Assembly (NCBI GenBank): GCA_004022145.1 | Contig: RCNU01000006.1 | Direction: 5' to 3' (one strand) | Length of the DNA: 64,000 bases | From: Paecilomyces variotii | Lineage: Eukaryota | Part shown: in pieces, positions 23,058 through 34,896 of the stretch | How positions within the stretch are numbered: position 1 is the first letter of the stretch | How the letters are laid out: each line of letters starts with the position of its first letter | Notes under the pieces: generated by a model | What the model was told of the DNA's origin: nothing | Database searches by the model: none | The model's input: the letters and a program-made list of their open reading frames with translations, nothing else | Position numbers and translations under genes: made by a program

Positions 23058-24789
23058 CTCCTTTTCAGAGGATGATTGATCGACTTGACTGGGTATCAAG
23101 TCCTCATCCTTACGACAACGAAACACATCCTTTTTCTGTCTCACTTCGTCTGATCTTTTGATACCCCTTACGACTCTTGCCGCTGGCTGGAAACAAAGTT
23201 TACTTAATAGCTTATGCTTCTCTTACCTCACTATTCCTCAATCTTTATTTTCGTTCGGTCTTCTCTGTTTCTCTGGACCTCTCCACGTGCGGGTTCTCTG
23301 AATCACGCGTGTCTTCCACCGTATTGAGCTATGGACCATCACACGAGCGAAAGATAAGGAAACGAAAAAGAAAAAAAAGCGAATCGATCGAGGAAGAAAC
23401 AAAAAAGGGGTGAAAGTTTCATCGTGTGTCATTTCTGTTATTGTCTTGGATTGCTTAACAATCTCTTGTTAAGTCGGTGCCGGAAACCTTGGGGACCGTG
23501 GAATATATAGAAGGATATGGGAGGCAGGGGTTGTTACGGGCATTGGACGAATTGGTAATCTTACTTCTTTTCTTCTTGGCCCCTCGATCGGGCATTGAGT
23601 CCCTTTTTTTATTACGACTTTGCAGCTCCTCGCGGGGCTTTTGGCAAAAAAAGAAAACTTTTTTTTCATCCTCATCTCACGACCTTAAAAGCCGAAAACA
23701 CAAAATACCAATTAACACTTATCACCTTTACCGCAATCAAACAAAAATCATATTGTACCTTCTTCTAACATGTTAATAGGTAGAATCTACCGAATCTACC
23801 GACTTCTTCTACATCAAATTATATATTATTATCTTTTGTCTATCTTCTCTACTACCCCATCAATTTAGCTATATCGACCCCATCCCCTTAGTTACTCTCC
23901 TCTTATGCTAAAATAGCTGCTCCTCCCACTGCCACTGCTGACCCTATAGTTATAAATGTAATATTACTTCATGAATCTGCCTGTATAACAAGGAGCAAAA
24001 ACACAAATAGACTCTAGAACATTATCTGAAGGAAGAAAACGTGTAGATTTCACTTCGTATTATCCTCCTCCGCCCCCCTTCCGCAGAGAACATAACAAGG
24101 TTATTGTTATCCACTGCTGTGGATTTTGACTAGGATTTGTTGATGTACAGATTAGACACAAGGACGAAAGAGCGAGTACTATGTATGCATTACGCCAACT
24201 CGAACTACAAAAAAAAAGGAGAAGAAAGAAAAGAAAAGAAAAAAACCCGAAAAGGGACCAGATTCTATGACCTAAAGCAAGCAAGCTAGTTCGGGTTGTG
24301 TATCCCGCTGATACGAAGCGACGCAAAACCGAGAACGGCACAAAAGGCTAGGTAGAAAGATAAGGGAAAGAAAGGATGACGATGGCTATAAGGAAATGCA
24401 GCGCCATGATAGATATTGATTGGAAGGACCAGCCCCAAAAAAAGATGGTTTTGATGTGGTTTTTTGTCCGAGGACTTGGGTTTCTCTCTCTCTTTTATTT
24501 TGTATTGACTCTCGAGGGGTTAATGAGAGGGAATGAATGAGTACGAGGATAATGATGTGATAATGATGAGGAGGTGCATGCGGTGAGGTGAGAGCTATAC
24601 AGGCTCTGTTCTGAAATAACCGTACGGTAGTTTATGTTAGGGGTGGTAAAGATAGCAATCATGAGATGTAAGGAAATTTCCGCCCGGATAATGTATGATT
24701 CGATTTATGGGATGGGTGCGGAGGATAAGGGTGAGGCCTAGAATCATAGCCGTTGGCACTGCCGACTATTGATGGCTCCTGCGACGAGC

Positions 24790-26813
24790 TCAAGCAATAC
24801 GGTCATGGCTGGGCTTTGCAAGGCGTGCTCCGTGCACACGCCTCTCCTGCCAGATACTCCAAAGGGTGACTCCGATTCCGGCAAGGCCAGAGAAGAAGGT
24901 CGTGTAGTATGCGGCTTTGTAGCAGCTCAGACCTTCGCGACAGTCGCGCTCGCCATCGGGAGAGACTACCGAGTGGCGGTCATAAATGGCACCATAGAGG
25001 AGGTTGAAGATGTTGCCGCTGAAAACAGGAGCAAGCGTCATGATCCCCCAGTTCTGAGTAAGGCCATTGATACCGAAGGTATGTGCGACGAGGGATGGAT
25101 AAACGCCGAAGAGAAAGCCGTACGCCAATCCCGTAGCCCCGGAGATGAGGACCAGCTCATGGGGTTCGGAGATTGATGAGCCAGCCAATTGCGTCACGGT
25201 GAAGAGAACTGCGGAGAAGAAGAGGCACCAGAAGCGAGACATGTTCAACTTCTTCACCAGTAGGTCAGAACCGATGCCTGGAGTTTATATATGTTAGTAC
25301 AGAGGGGGTTATAACTTCGCGTTTTGCAGAGCTTGCTTACCGCTAAGGAGACGCCCAAGGAAACTACAGATAGATAACACAGACACGTGCATGACCTGTC
25401 GTTGCATGATAAACTTGGAGTCGACGCTATCATCGTAGTACTTCCACAGAGCCCTGACCTACACGGATATTAGTATTATGAGATATACTCCACTGATATA
25501 CTCCGGACTATCTGCTTACGCTGTTGCCAATGTTGCTAATAACGATCAGTTAGAAATGCTGCATCAAGGTTACGGACAGAGGTGGAACATACTTGATAGT
25601 CATTAGCCCAATACCGGACAGAAGACCCATAATAAGGAACAATTGCCAGAATTCAACTTTGGGAAGCAAAGCAAGACCTCTGACGTCTGGATGCGGCGTG
25701 TCAAATTCAGGACCAGATGTCAGTACTTCCTCCTCGTCCAACTCATTTTCTGGATGTGACGCAAGCTTGGAAACTAGGGACGAGGTCTCTTCCGTCTCTG
25801 CGTTTTGAGCAAGGCCCAGAACGGATGATCTTGACTGAGATCGGGCGCGACCCGAAGTCGATGGTTCAAAAGCGGAACTCTGCATACCTGCTTCAGCCGG
25901 CGCATCATAAAGTACTCGGCTCTCGGTCGACTTGGTTCGACGCAATGGTCTCGCCTCGGGCTCGTGGCTTGGTAGTGAGGAATAAGAGCCCGGGATCGGG
26001 TATATGCGGATAAAGAAGGACGAAAGAAGGATCATCAAGGAGGTTCCAAGGGCCAAAAGGAGCAGGAACCGGCCCGTATCATCCTTGAAAGTAATAGTCG
26101 ACACCGTGGACCAGAAAAATGCGCTGAGCCCAAAAGCCGACAGAGGAAAAGCGGTGGCCGTTCCACGATGATCGGGAAAGTTAGAGGCAACTGGACTGCA
26201 TGAGTACTCTGCGCGCCTTACTTGTGTCCCTGAACTCACCTGTCTTTATGGCCGCTGAGAAACCGGAACAACTGCCGAGGCCGGTAAGGAAGGCAAAGAT
26301 GAGCAGTAGAGGCATTGCGATGGACCCTTGGCCCTTTTCGTACGCTACTCGCAGTTGCGATCTTAGCACAGTTCCTCAAACCACCACGTGCGGGTATACT
26401 GACCTACGTGGAGCGGGTAGTATCCGACTCCAACTGCCAATGCCCCCAAGAAGATGGCAAGACGCGGGCCTCTACCGTCAATCATGACACCCAATGGCAC
26501 ACCAGATGCGTACATTCCCAGATTTCCAGCAGCGCCCTGAGCACAGGTATTGTATTAGCTGTCACGTTCGTGAAGGATATCAGGCGTCGAAATGCTCACA
26601 ATAAGATTGCTTTGCGTCGAAGATAGCTTCATTCGGGATGCGAATTGGGGCGCCCATGCTGAATATGCATACTGATGAATGTAAGTGACCGTCCTGCATC
26701 ACGATGTTATATAGGTACGCTGATTCCCATACATTTGTTCCACATGCCAGAGCAACCAGAGTTCCAGCTACCACGGAGATAATTCTCTTGTTTTTATGCG
26801 TTGAACCAGCCAT
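24790..26813 (-). CDS. MCH1: MCH1-like (nodulin-like) MFS transporter
   Basis: GTLVALACGTN, NFPDHRGTATAFPLSAFGLSAFF, FWQLFLIMGLLSGIGLMTI, GLAYGFLFGVYPSLVAHTFG, NWGIMTLAP; multiple TM segments; several introns (not all boundaries resolved). Confidence 0.85.
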
Positions 26814-27258
26814 AATGAATTGAACTGGTGCTGCTGCACCTTCCACCTTGTGTTTTCCCAGTGATCATAAAGCAACGCTGTCCAATTTCAATAATCTAGC
26901 CAGGACGCGCGTATCAAACAGTATCGGCTCCACCGATACCTCTGGCCCGGAGTGATGCTGCGGATGCGGATACGGAGCGGGATTAGGTTGGGATATGGAA
27001 AGTATGGAATCGAAAAACACAATCGAAGGAAGGACAACAATGTAAGATGATAGGAATCAAGAGAAAGGACAGCACTGAGTGACCAGAAAGCAGATCATCC
27101 CCAGGCGGCGTTATCTCCGACGACGTCGACATCCCGTCTGGGCAGGCTTATCTAAGCGTCTCGGTGATATCACGGGATGCTGGAAGCTGGAACGTTCGCC
27201 TTCTCCTCTTCGTATCAAACAACAAACACAGCGTAAGTCGTCCGAGAGACGTTCCAAG

Positions 27259-28860
27259 ATGGGCGCTTTACTATCTCTTCCGTTTATGGCGCTTCCCGGC
27301 GTCGGCACGGTAGGTTTTTCTCTCCATCGTTACAATCCAGCAGTTACTGACCTCGCGCGCATCCAATAGCTGCTCGGTTTCGGAGCTTCGTGCTGCGGCG
27401 CTGCGACCTGCTCAGCAGTATGCAGTTCATGCGGGAAGTTCCAGAGCAGGTATGTTCTATCCTATAGCCAGATACAGTATGACTACGCTAACGTCTAGCT
27501 AGTATGGCGACGAGAATCGCCTATGCGTTCATCCTCCTCGTCAACTCTATCCTGTCATGGATCATGCTCACACCTTGGGCGTTGAAGAAACTGCAGCATA
27601 TGACCCTTGATTATATGGAGATTAGATGTGATGGTAAAGAGTGCTATGGTTGGGTGGCTGTTCATCGGATCAACTTCGCTCTGGGGCTGTTTCATCTCAT
27701 CATGGCGCTCTTGCTTCTCGGTGTCCGGACATCTAGAGATAGCCGAGCAGCCCTACAGAACGGATACTGGGGCCCGAAAGTGATCGTCTGGATCGGATTT
27801 CTGGTCATGTCGTTCTTCATTCCCGAATCTTTCTTCTTCGTCTACGGCAACTACATCGCTTTCATCTGCGCGATGCTCTTCCTGCTGCTTGGTCTCGTCC
27901 TCCTCGTGGATCTCGCGCACAGCTGGGCGGAGATGTGCCTGGAGAATATCGAAGACAACGAGTCCAGGGTTTGGCGTGGCCTGCTGATTGGATCGACCCT
28001 TGGCATGTATATCGCATCCATCGCCATGACGGTCCTGATGTACGTCTTTTTTGCATCGAGTGGATGCTCGATGAACCAGGCAGCGATCACGGTAAGTCCC
28101 CAGCGAAAGTGCTATCACAGAGTTCACAAACTAATTGCAGCAGGTCAACCTTATTGTTTTCCTGATTATTTCCGTGGTTTCCATTCAGCCTGTTGTCCAG
28201 GAATACAATCCGCGAGCCGGGTTGGCGCAGGCGGCCATGGTCACGGTTTACTGCACCTATCTCACTATGTCAGCAGTTTCAATGGAGCCTGATGACCGAC
28301 ACTGCAACCCACTCATTCGTGCTCGGGGAACGAGGACTGCAACTATTGTCCTTGGTGCGATTGTCACCATGGCGACAATCGCTTACACTACCACGCGCGC
28401 GGCCACTCAAGGCATTGCTCTCGGATCCAAAGGTGGTCACAGCTACACTCGTGTCGGTACTGACGATAACGAGCATGGGCTAGTGACTCAGCAGCCCGTT
28501 TCGCGACGTGAGATGAGAGCCGAAGCTCTTCGTGCCGCTGTTGAGAGTGGTAGTCTGCCTGCCAGTGCTCTAGATGACGACGATGACGAGTCTGACGACG
28601 GCTACGATTCCAGAGATGACGAAAGAGGATCAACCCAGTACAACTACTCTCTCTTCCATGTCATTTTCTTCCTTGCGACCACCTGGGTTGCCACTCTCCT
28701 TACCCAGAACCTGGACCCGGAGGCGAACGATGACTTCGCCCCAGTTGGTCGGACTTACTGGGCCAGCTGGGTCAAAATTATCAGTGCCTGGGTCTGCTAT
28801 GCGATTTACTTGTGGACATTGATTGCACCTGTCTTAATGCCCGACCGTTTCGGTTACTAA
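27259..28860 (+). CDS. TMS1: Serine incorporator (SERINC) family membrane protein Tms1
   Basis: MGALLSLP, SCCGAATCSAVCSSCGKFQS, VHRINFALGLFH, QNGYWGPK, LLVDLAHSWAE, YNYSLFHVIFFLAT, WTLIAPVLMPDRF; three introns. Confidence 0.93.
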
Positions 28861-29167
28861 TGCCTCTTGCGCGGGTTTGGATCAAATTGTCTTTGTTTTA
28901 TGGAGTCATGTGTGTATGTATACCAACTAGCCTGCGACGGATCATTGCATCATCAGGATACCACTCGTTAACTACTGCTTGCAATCGAATATGAGGAGTT
29001 CTATCATTAAATATATGTTTTTTTTGGGATAGGTAATATCATCGACCTAAGTAGATCAAAACTCTAGGCTTTTGTAGCTGAGCATGCTCGCCGGAGAGGT
29101 ATGCAGTTCAGACCGGCACGAGCCATCCAAAGCGGGTAAATTGGATTACACACTTAAGGCGCGAGAC

Positions 29168-29173
29168 ACGCGT
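29168..29173. promoter_or_regulatory. MCB box (ACGCGT) upstream of PMS1
   Basis: ACGCGT 45 nt before the PMS1 ATG, with extra CGCG cores nearby; MBF control of mismatch-repair genes is established in yeasts. Confidence 0.5.
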
Positions 29174-29217
29174 TTGCGCCGACGATCCACCACGACATCC
29201 AGCGCGATGGAACGAAT

Positions 29218-32200
29218 ATGGCCACTATCAAGGCCATCGAAGCCCGTTCGGTAGGGTTCACTCGCGCAGTCATCTCTCAGGTCCTCATCTAACACCATGT
29301 GAAATTACAGATCCATCAAATCCAATCTGGTCAAGTAATAGTCGACCTCTGTTCCGTTGTCAAGGAGCTTGTTGAGAACAGCCTAGATGCAGGCGCAACA
29401 TCTGTGGGTACGATATGGAATCGCTTAAATCATTCAGTCTCTCGATGAAGTGATAACTAACGATGATCCTTTCCCCGGTCACAGAGGTTCGTTTCAAGAA
29501 CAACGGTCTCGACCTGATCGAGGTACAGGATAATGGAAGCGGAATTTCGCCCAACAACTACGAAAATGTCGGTACGTACTGGGACTTCCATTTCGAAGGG
29601 CGCGCTTTTAGGTGCTGGTTTATTGATTGGAGTTACTAGCTCTCAAACACTACACTTCGAAGCTGTCGAGCTACGATGACCTGTCCTCCCTCCAGACATT
29701 CGGGTTCCGGGGCGAAGCGCTATCGTCACTGTGTGCACTCTCCGATTTCCACATCGTCACTGCCCAGGCAGATGAAGCACCAAAGGCGAAACGCCTCGAT
29801 TTTGAGTTTTCGGGGAAGTTGAAGAAGACACAGGTCGTTGCGGGGCAGAAGGGCACCACAGTGTCGGTGGAGAATCTATTTCAGAAGCTACCTGTACGGC
29901 GACGGGAGCTGGAGAAGAATATCAAGCGAGAATATGGAAAGGTTCTGGGATTGCTGCACGCATATGCGTGTATCAGCACTGGGGTGCGATTCTCTGTCAA
30001 GAATACGGTGGGCAAGAATAAAAACGTTGTAGTTTTCACCACCAAGGCGAACCCGACCACGAAGGAAAACATCGCCAATGTTTATGGCGCAAAAACTCTC
30101 TTGGCTCTGATTCCGCTGGAGCTTGAGCTCGAGTTTGAGCCCTCCGCAGCAGGAAGACGGAAAGCTGGACAGGACGTCAACAAGATCCTTGTCCGCGGAC
30201 ATATCTCACGCCCAGTCTTTGGGGAAGGCAGACAGACACCGGATCGGCAGATGTTCTTCGTCAATTCTCGGCCATGCGGACTGCCCCAGATAGCAAAGGC
30301 ATTCAACGAAGTCTACAAATCGTTCAATGTCTCCCAATCGCCGTTCATATTTGCCGACTTTCGAATGGACACGAATGCCTACGACGTGAATGTGTCTCCT
30401 GACAAACGGACGATCTTGCTGCACGATTCAGGAGCTCTTATTGAAGCGCTGAAAGAGTCTCTGGTACGCTTGTTCGAAGAAGCTGACCAGACCGTTCCTC
30501 AGGCACGGTTCCAAACTGCAAAGCAGGTAGCACTAGATCAACATCTCCATGTTGGGACTCAAGGCAGTAGAGACCCTACAGGATCGTCGGAGGCAGAAGC
30601 TCCTCTCAATGAGGAGTCGACTGATGTTTCCTCAGAGGACGACCAGACAAGGCATGATAGAGCAAAGGCTAAGATGAAGAGCTTCCTGGGTGCTTTAGCA
30701 GACCGCCGTGTGAGCGTGCCGGAGCAAGTCCCAGCCGATTCACCGTCGCGTGAGGCTGTCAAGGCTACACAGGAGACAATGCATGAGCATTCTATTTCTC
30801 TAGAACCGCAAGATGAGGAGGAGGAGATCCCATCTACCGGCACAGGCACTGAGGGCAATGAAACCCAGCAGAACGTTCCACGGGCAACCAACGAACTGTT
30901 TGTGGAGGACGGACCTCCCTCGGGTCCCCCATCGCCAAACGAACAGCATATTCCGGCACTTCGAGCGAGCTCTCAACAGGAGACGCCAAATGTGATCCAG
31001 AATGCATTCGATCGAATGCGGCGTCGGCGGCAACCTGCTGAGATTGCTACTATCACCGTGGGCGACAAGACAGTCACCTCTGTTATCGGCAGCGGTATAC
31101 CTAGAAAGAGATATCTGGAGGCCACTGGTTCTCCATCAGGTGCCTCTGCTTCAAGGACTAAACGGCGGGTTCATACTCCGTCGCGGCCGAATATATTCAG
31201 CCAAAGTCTGAAGGCCTTCGCTGCACCTGGCACACAGGTTGGACCATCATCGGATGGTGAGGAGGAGGAAGAGGAGGAGGATGTAGAAGACATCCAGGAA
31301 GAGGAAGAAGAGGAATATGAAGAAGAGGAACAAGAGGGAGGAGCGGAAGATACTAGATCATCTCCTGAACCAGATCGGTCCATTCCTGATGAAACCGAAG
31401 AGCAAGCGGAACAAACACAGTTGGATGAATCTGCTGTTGATGAAGCTGAAATAGAAATCGGCGGTGTGTCCGCTGAATCAGATGAGGACTATGTCGATGA
31501 AAAGGAAAAGAAAGCGCAGGACGAAGCGCGGGTCCAGGATCTCATTCGCGAAGCCGAAGAAAACGCGGCCTTGCCTTCACAAAGCAACATCAACCGTGCC
31601 GACAAATTGACCAAGGGCCTCACGCGGAGAGACTCCACCGTCCATCTCATGGGTATGATCAATTGTTCAATCTCGAGGATTGAATCTCAAATAAATGCCA
31701 TCCGGCAAAGCCTCAAAGCATATACCTCGACCACTCTGTCGTCCGTCGAAGACCAAGAAACGCCACGCACTGCTGAAGAACGGCTGTCACTAACGGTGTC
31801 GAAAGATGACTTTGCTCAAATGCGCATCGCCGGCCAATTTAACCTTGGCTTTATCCTCGCGACACGTTCCTCTGTGGCTAGCCCGTCTAAAGATGAGCTC
31901 TTCATTATCGACCAGCATGCCTCCGACGAGAAGTATAACTTTGAGCGACTCCAGGCAGAGACGGTCGTACAAAACCAGCGTCTTGTCCGTCCGAAGACGC
32001 TTGATCTTACTGCGGTCGAAGAAGAAATCATCATCGAGAACCAGAGGGCTCTGGAGAAGAACGGGTTCATAATCGAGGTCGACGACAGTGGCGATGAGCC
32101 AATCGGCCGTCGTTGCAAGCTCGTCTCCTTGCCCCTCAGCAAAGAAGTTGTCTTTGATGTCCACGACTTGGAAGAACTGCTAGTGCTGCTCTCTGAAACT

Positions 32201-32542
32201 CCCGCGTCTGATATCTACACTCCACGTCCCAGCAAAGTGCGGAAGATGTTTGCGATGCGCGCCTGTCGGTCAAGTATCATGATTGGAAAACCACTCACGC
32301 CCAAGCAGATGGAGAAGGTCGTCCAGCACATGGGCACGATCGACAAGCCGTGGAACTGTCCCCACGGACGACCAACCATGCGACATCTGATGACTTTAGG
32401 CCAGTGGAATGAGTGGGATGAGAACAGAGCTGATGAGGACGATGACCGGGAGAGCGATGATCTTGATGTATGGAAGAGGTATTTCGAAGAGCACGGAGAA
32501 CAGGAGGATATCGAAGAGGAGCGGGAAGACGAAGAACTGTGA
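29218..32542 (+). CDS. PMS1: DNA mismatch repair MutL homologue Pms1
   Basis: [59 protein letters not shown] (GHKL ATPase), DVNVSPDKR, endonuclease motif [30 protein letters not shown]. Three 5' introns. Confidence 0.96.
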
Positions 32543-33003
32543 TAGATACGATGTGATATTATGGATTGGATACTGTGACTTGGGGCACAAAATTTGGGAC
32601 AGGATTGGATTTATGGTGTCTCGCCATTTTTGGATAGTACAGTACAAATAATCATGAAGCAAGCCATTCTTGGTTGTCGTTGTTTCTGAATAGCTGTATC
32701 TTTTATACGTCAGGCTGTAAATAGTCTCATTTCCATATGGTTGGCTACTCTACTGATTTCCTGTTCACCTGCTCGAGTGCCTATATTTCGAGGACTTTGA
32801 AACAAATCATAAATAAGGCGTGGTGAACACAAAAGACTTTACCTAGTAGCCAATGCCTTAGCAGCCAGTATATAGACGTTGGCTTGAAGGGGGAACAGCT
32901 CATATATCCCGAACAAGGTACGAAAAGAAAGCCAAAAAAAGAGGAATATAATCCCACCCAAACATCATCATGAAACCCTTCATCTTGTTCGGCTTTTCCC
33001 CAT

Positions 33004-33621
33004 CTACCACCACCTCCATCTGCCCTGCTTGGCCGACGGTTCTTCCTGCGGCTTCGCATTATCACTCATCACAACATCCCCATCATCTTCATTCTCAACA
33101 TGAGTACCCCTCTCATGACCCTCCTCACGCTCTTCTCCATCCTCACCAACCACCATCCTCGCCTTTCCCTTCCCTTTCCCTTTCCCCTTCCCCTTCTTGC
33201 TTGAATAAACCCCATCTCCATAACTACCATTCTCCCCTCCATCATCATCATCATACCTCCCTCCTCCCCCCTCCTCTTCTTCCACCAACCTCAACGTCTC
33301 CTCCACAACCAACAAATCCCTCTCAATCAACTCCGCCCAATTCTGCACGTCCCCAATCTCCTTCAGTCCCTCGCGCGCCTGATCAGCCACTTTCTGCCAC
33401 TGATCATTCTGCTTTGCCAGATTCGCTGTCGCGCGCTGGAGTTCGTTTTCCTGCTTCGTCAGCGCCGCGGCGTTCGAGTGGAGGGTTGCGGCGCGAGAGC
33501 GTAGTTCGGCGTCGAGGTTCGATCCGACGCTGTTGAGAGAGGCGGTGAATGCGGTGCGGGCTTCGGCGGTGCGTTGTGCGGGGGATGGTTGCGGGTTGTC
33601 GGGGAGGGGTTGAGGGGGCAT
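33004..33621 (-). CDS. BLOC-1/BORC subunit 1 (BLOS1, GCN5L1 domain) homologue
   Basis: Coiled coil ending in LKEIGDVQNWAELIERDL, the GCN5L1 signature. Start taken at ATG 33621 (MPPQP); the longer ORF-track N-terminus is a non-ATG extension. Confidence 0.82.
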   Translation of the reverse strand: MPPQPLPDNPQPSPAQRTAEARTAFTASLNSVGSNLDAELRSRAATLHSNAAALTKQENELQRATANLAKQNDQWQKVADQAREGLKEIGDVQNWAELIERDLLVVEETLRLVEEEEGGGGRYDDDDGGENGSYGDGVYSSKKGKGKGKGKGKARMVVGEDGEEREEGHERGTHVENEDDGDVVMSDNAKPQEEPSAKQGRWRWW

Positions 33622-34896
33622 TTTGCTGTAGAACAGTGATTGGGTTGGCCCTTTTTTCTTGTTTGAGGCGTGGATGTTTTGTGATGTTTCCTTTGGAGAT
33701 TGTGTGGGATGGGATGAAGTTGGATGGGAATTCGATTCGATCCGGATATGTTTATATATATAGGTTCGGGAATTCGTAATTTGAGATGCGTGTTGAGATG
33801 TATTGAGCCGATGTAAATAAGTAGATAAGTAATGGGTAATGTATATGTATAGGTAAAGGAATATAAATCTCAATTTCGCGTTATCATTTCCGATCGTCTC
33901 CGAATATAAAAACCTAGAATAAACAATTATATATCAACAGGTAGGTAAGTATCATCAAGTATCAATATACCATTAAAATTCAAAGCCTCTGCTCAGAGAG
34001 ATAGATAGATATAAACGTTATCTAGCATAACTGCACAAGCATAGCATGGAACGAGGGGTTATTATCGCCTTTTTATATCGATAAGGATAACTAGCTAGCG
34101 CTAGTTAAGACTAAGAAACAAATCAAGATATTCTGGACATTGGGTCAACTACTTATATTGGATGGACCTGTGTATGAAAGGTGGGGAGGGGGGAAGGGAG
34201 AAATGAGAGGGTGTCTGCCATGCATAGTTAGCTAAACTACTGTACCATATGGTACAGTACTTAGAGTGCAAGCATCTTCTTCCCTTCTCTTCCCCGCCCA
34301 TCCCATGTGACATGCGCTAGAGCTTTAGACACATCTGCGTAGTGGGAAGAGGAGGCAAATGAGAGGTCGCTAGACTAGTTGGAAATTGGAAGGGACTTGA
34401 ATGCAGTCTATTCTCTATAGGTTTTCTGTGGAGGTTTACCGCTAAGAGTGAGTGATCTTCAGGTGTGACATGACACTCGCATTAGTATGCTAGTCATTGG
34501 AGTATCTGACTACAAATTCTTCGACTGCTTTTTGCAAATCTGTTTAACCTATACGGTCAAAGAGGATCATTGATGCACGCTAGATATATTTCGAAGTCTG
34601 AGTCAACCTAATAATAACACAAGGTCTCCCGCTCCTCCCGTCAAACGCCAATTATCCAGGATGATCAGAACATGCACGCCGAGAATACGTGCGTGACATG
34701 AGAAATGCGATTAAACTTTGTGTTAGAAAAAGAAAGCGATATCATCAATCGACACATAACAGGACAGATGCTCGCTCTTGTACAGCGTCAATAGAACCAT
34801 TTCCGAAACGAAAAGAACGCATGAAATAAAAGTTAGACATTATGTGGAAAACTGCGCATGGGATTGACCATGCATTGTTTCTCGTCCATGGCAATC

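Noticed and set aside
23060-24780. Possible gene or transposon relic between areB and MCH1
   Set aside because: Only poly-A/T-rich short ORFs; consistent with convergent 3' UTRs and terminators; no terminal repeats seen.
33622-33873. N-terminal extension of the 289-aa ORF
   Set aside because: Non-ATG start and AT-rich promoter/UTR-like sequence; the protein-like part begins at ATG 33621.
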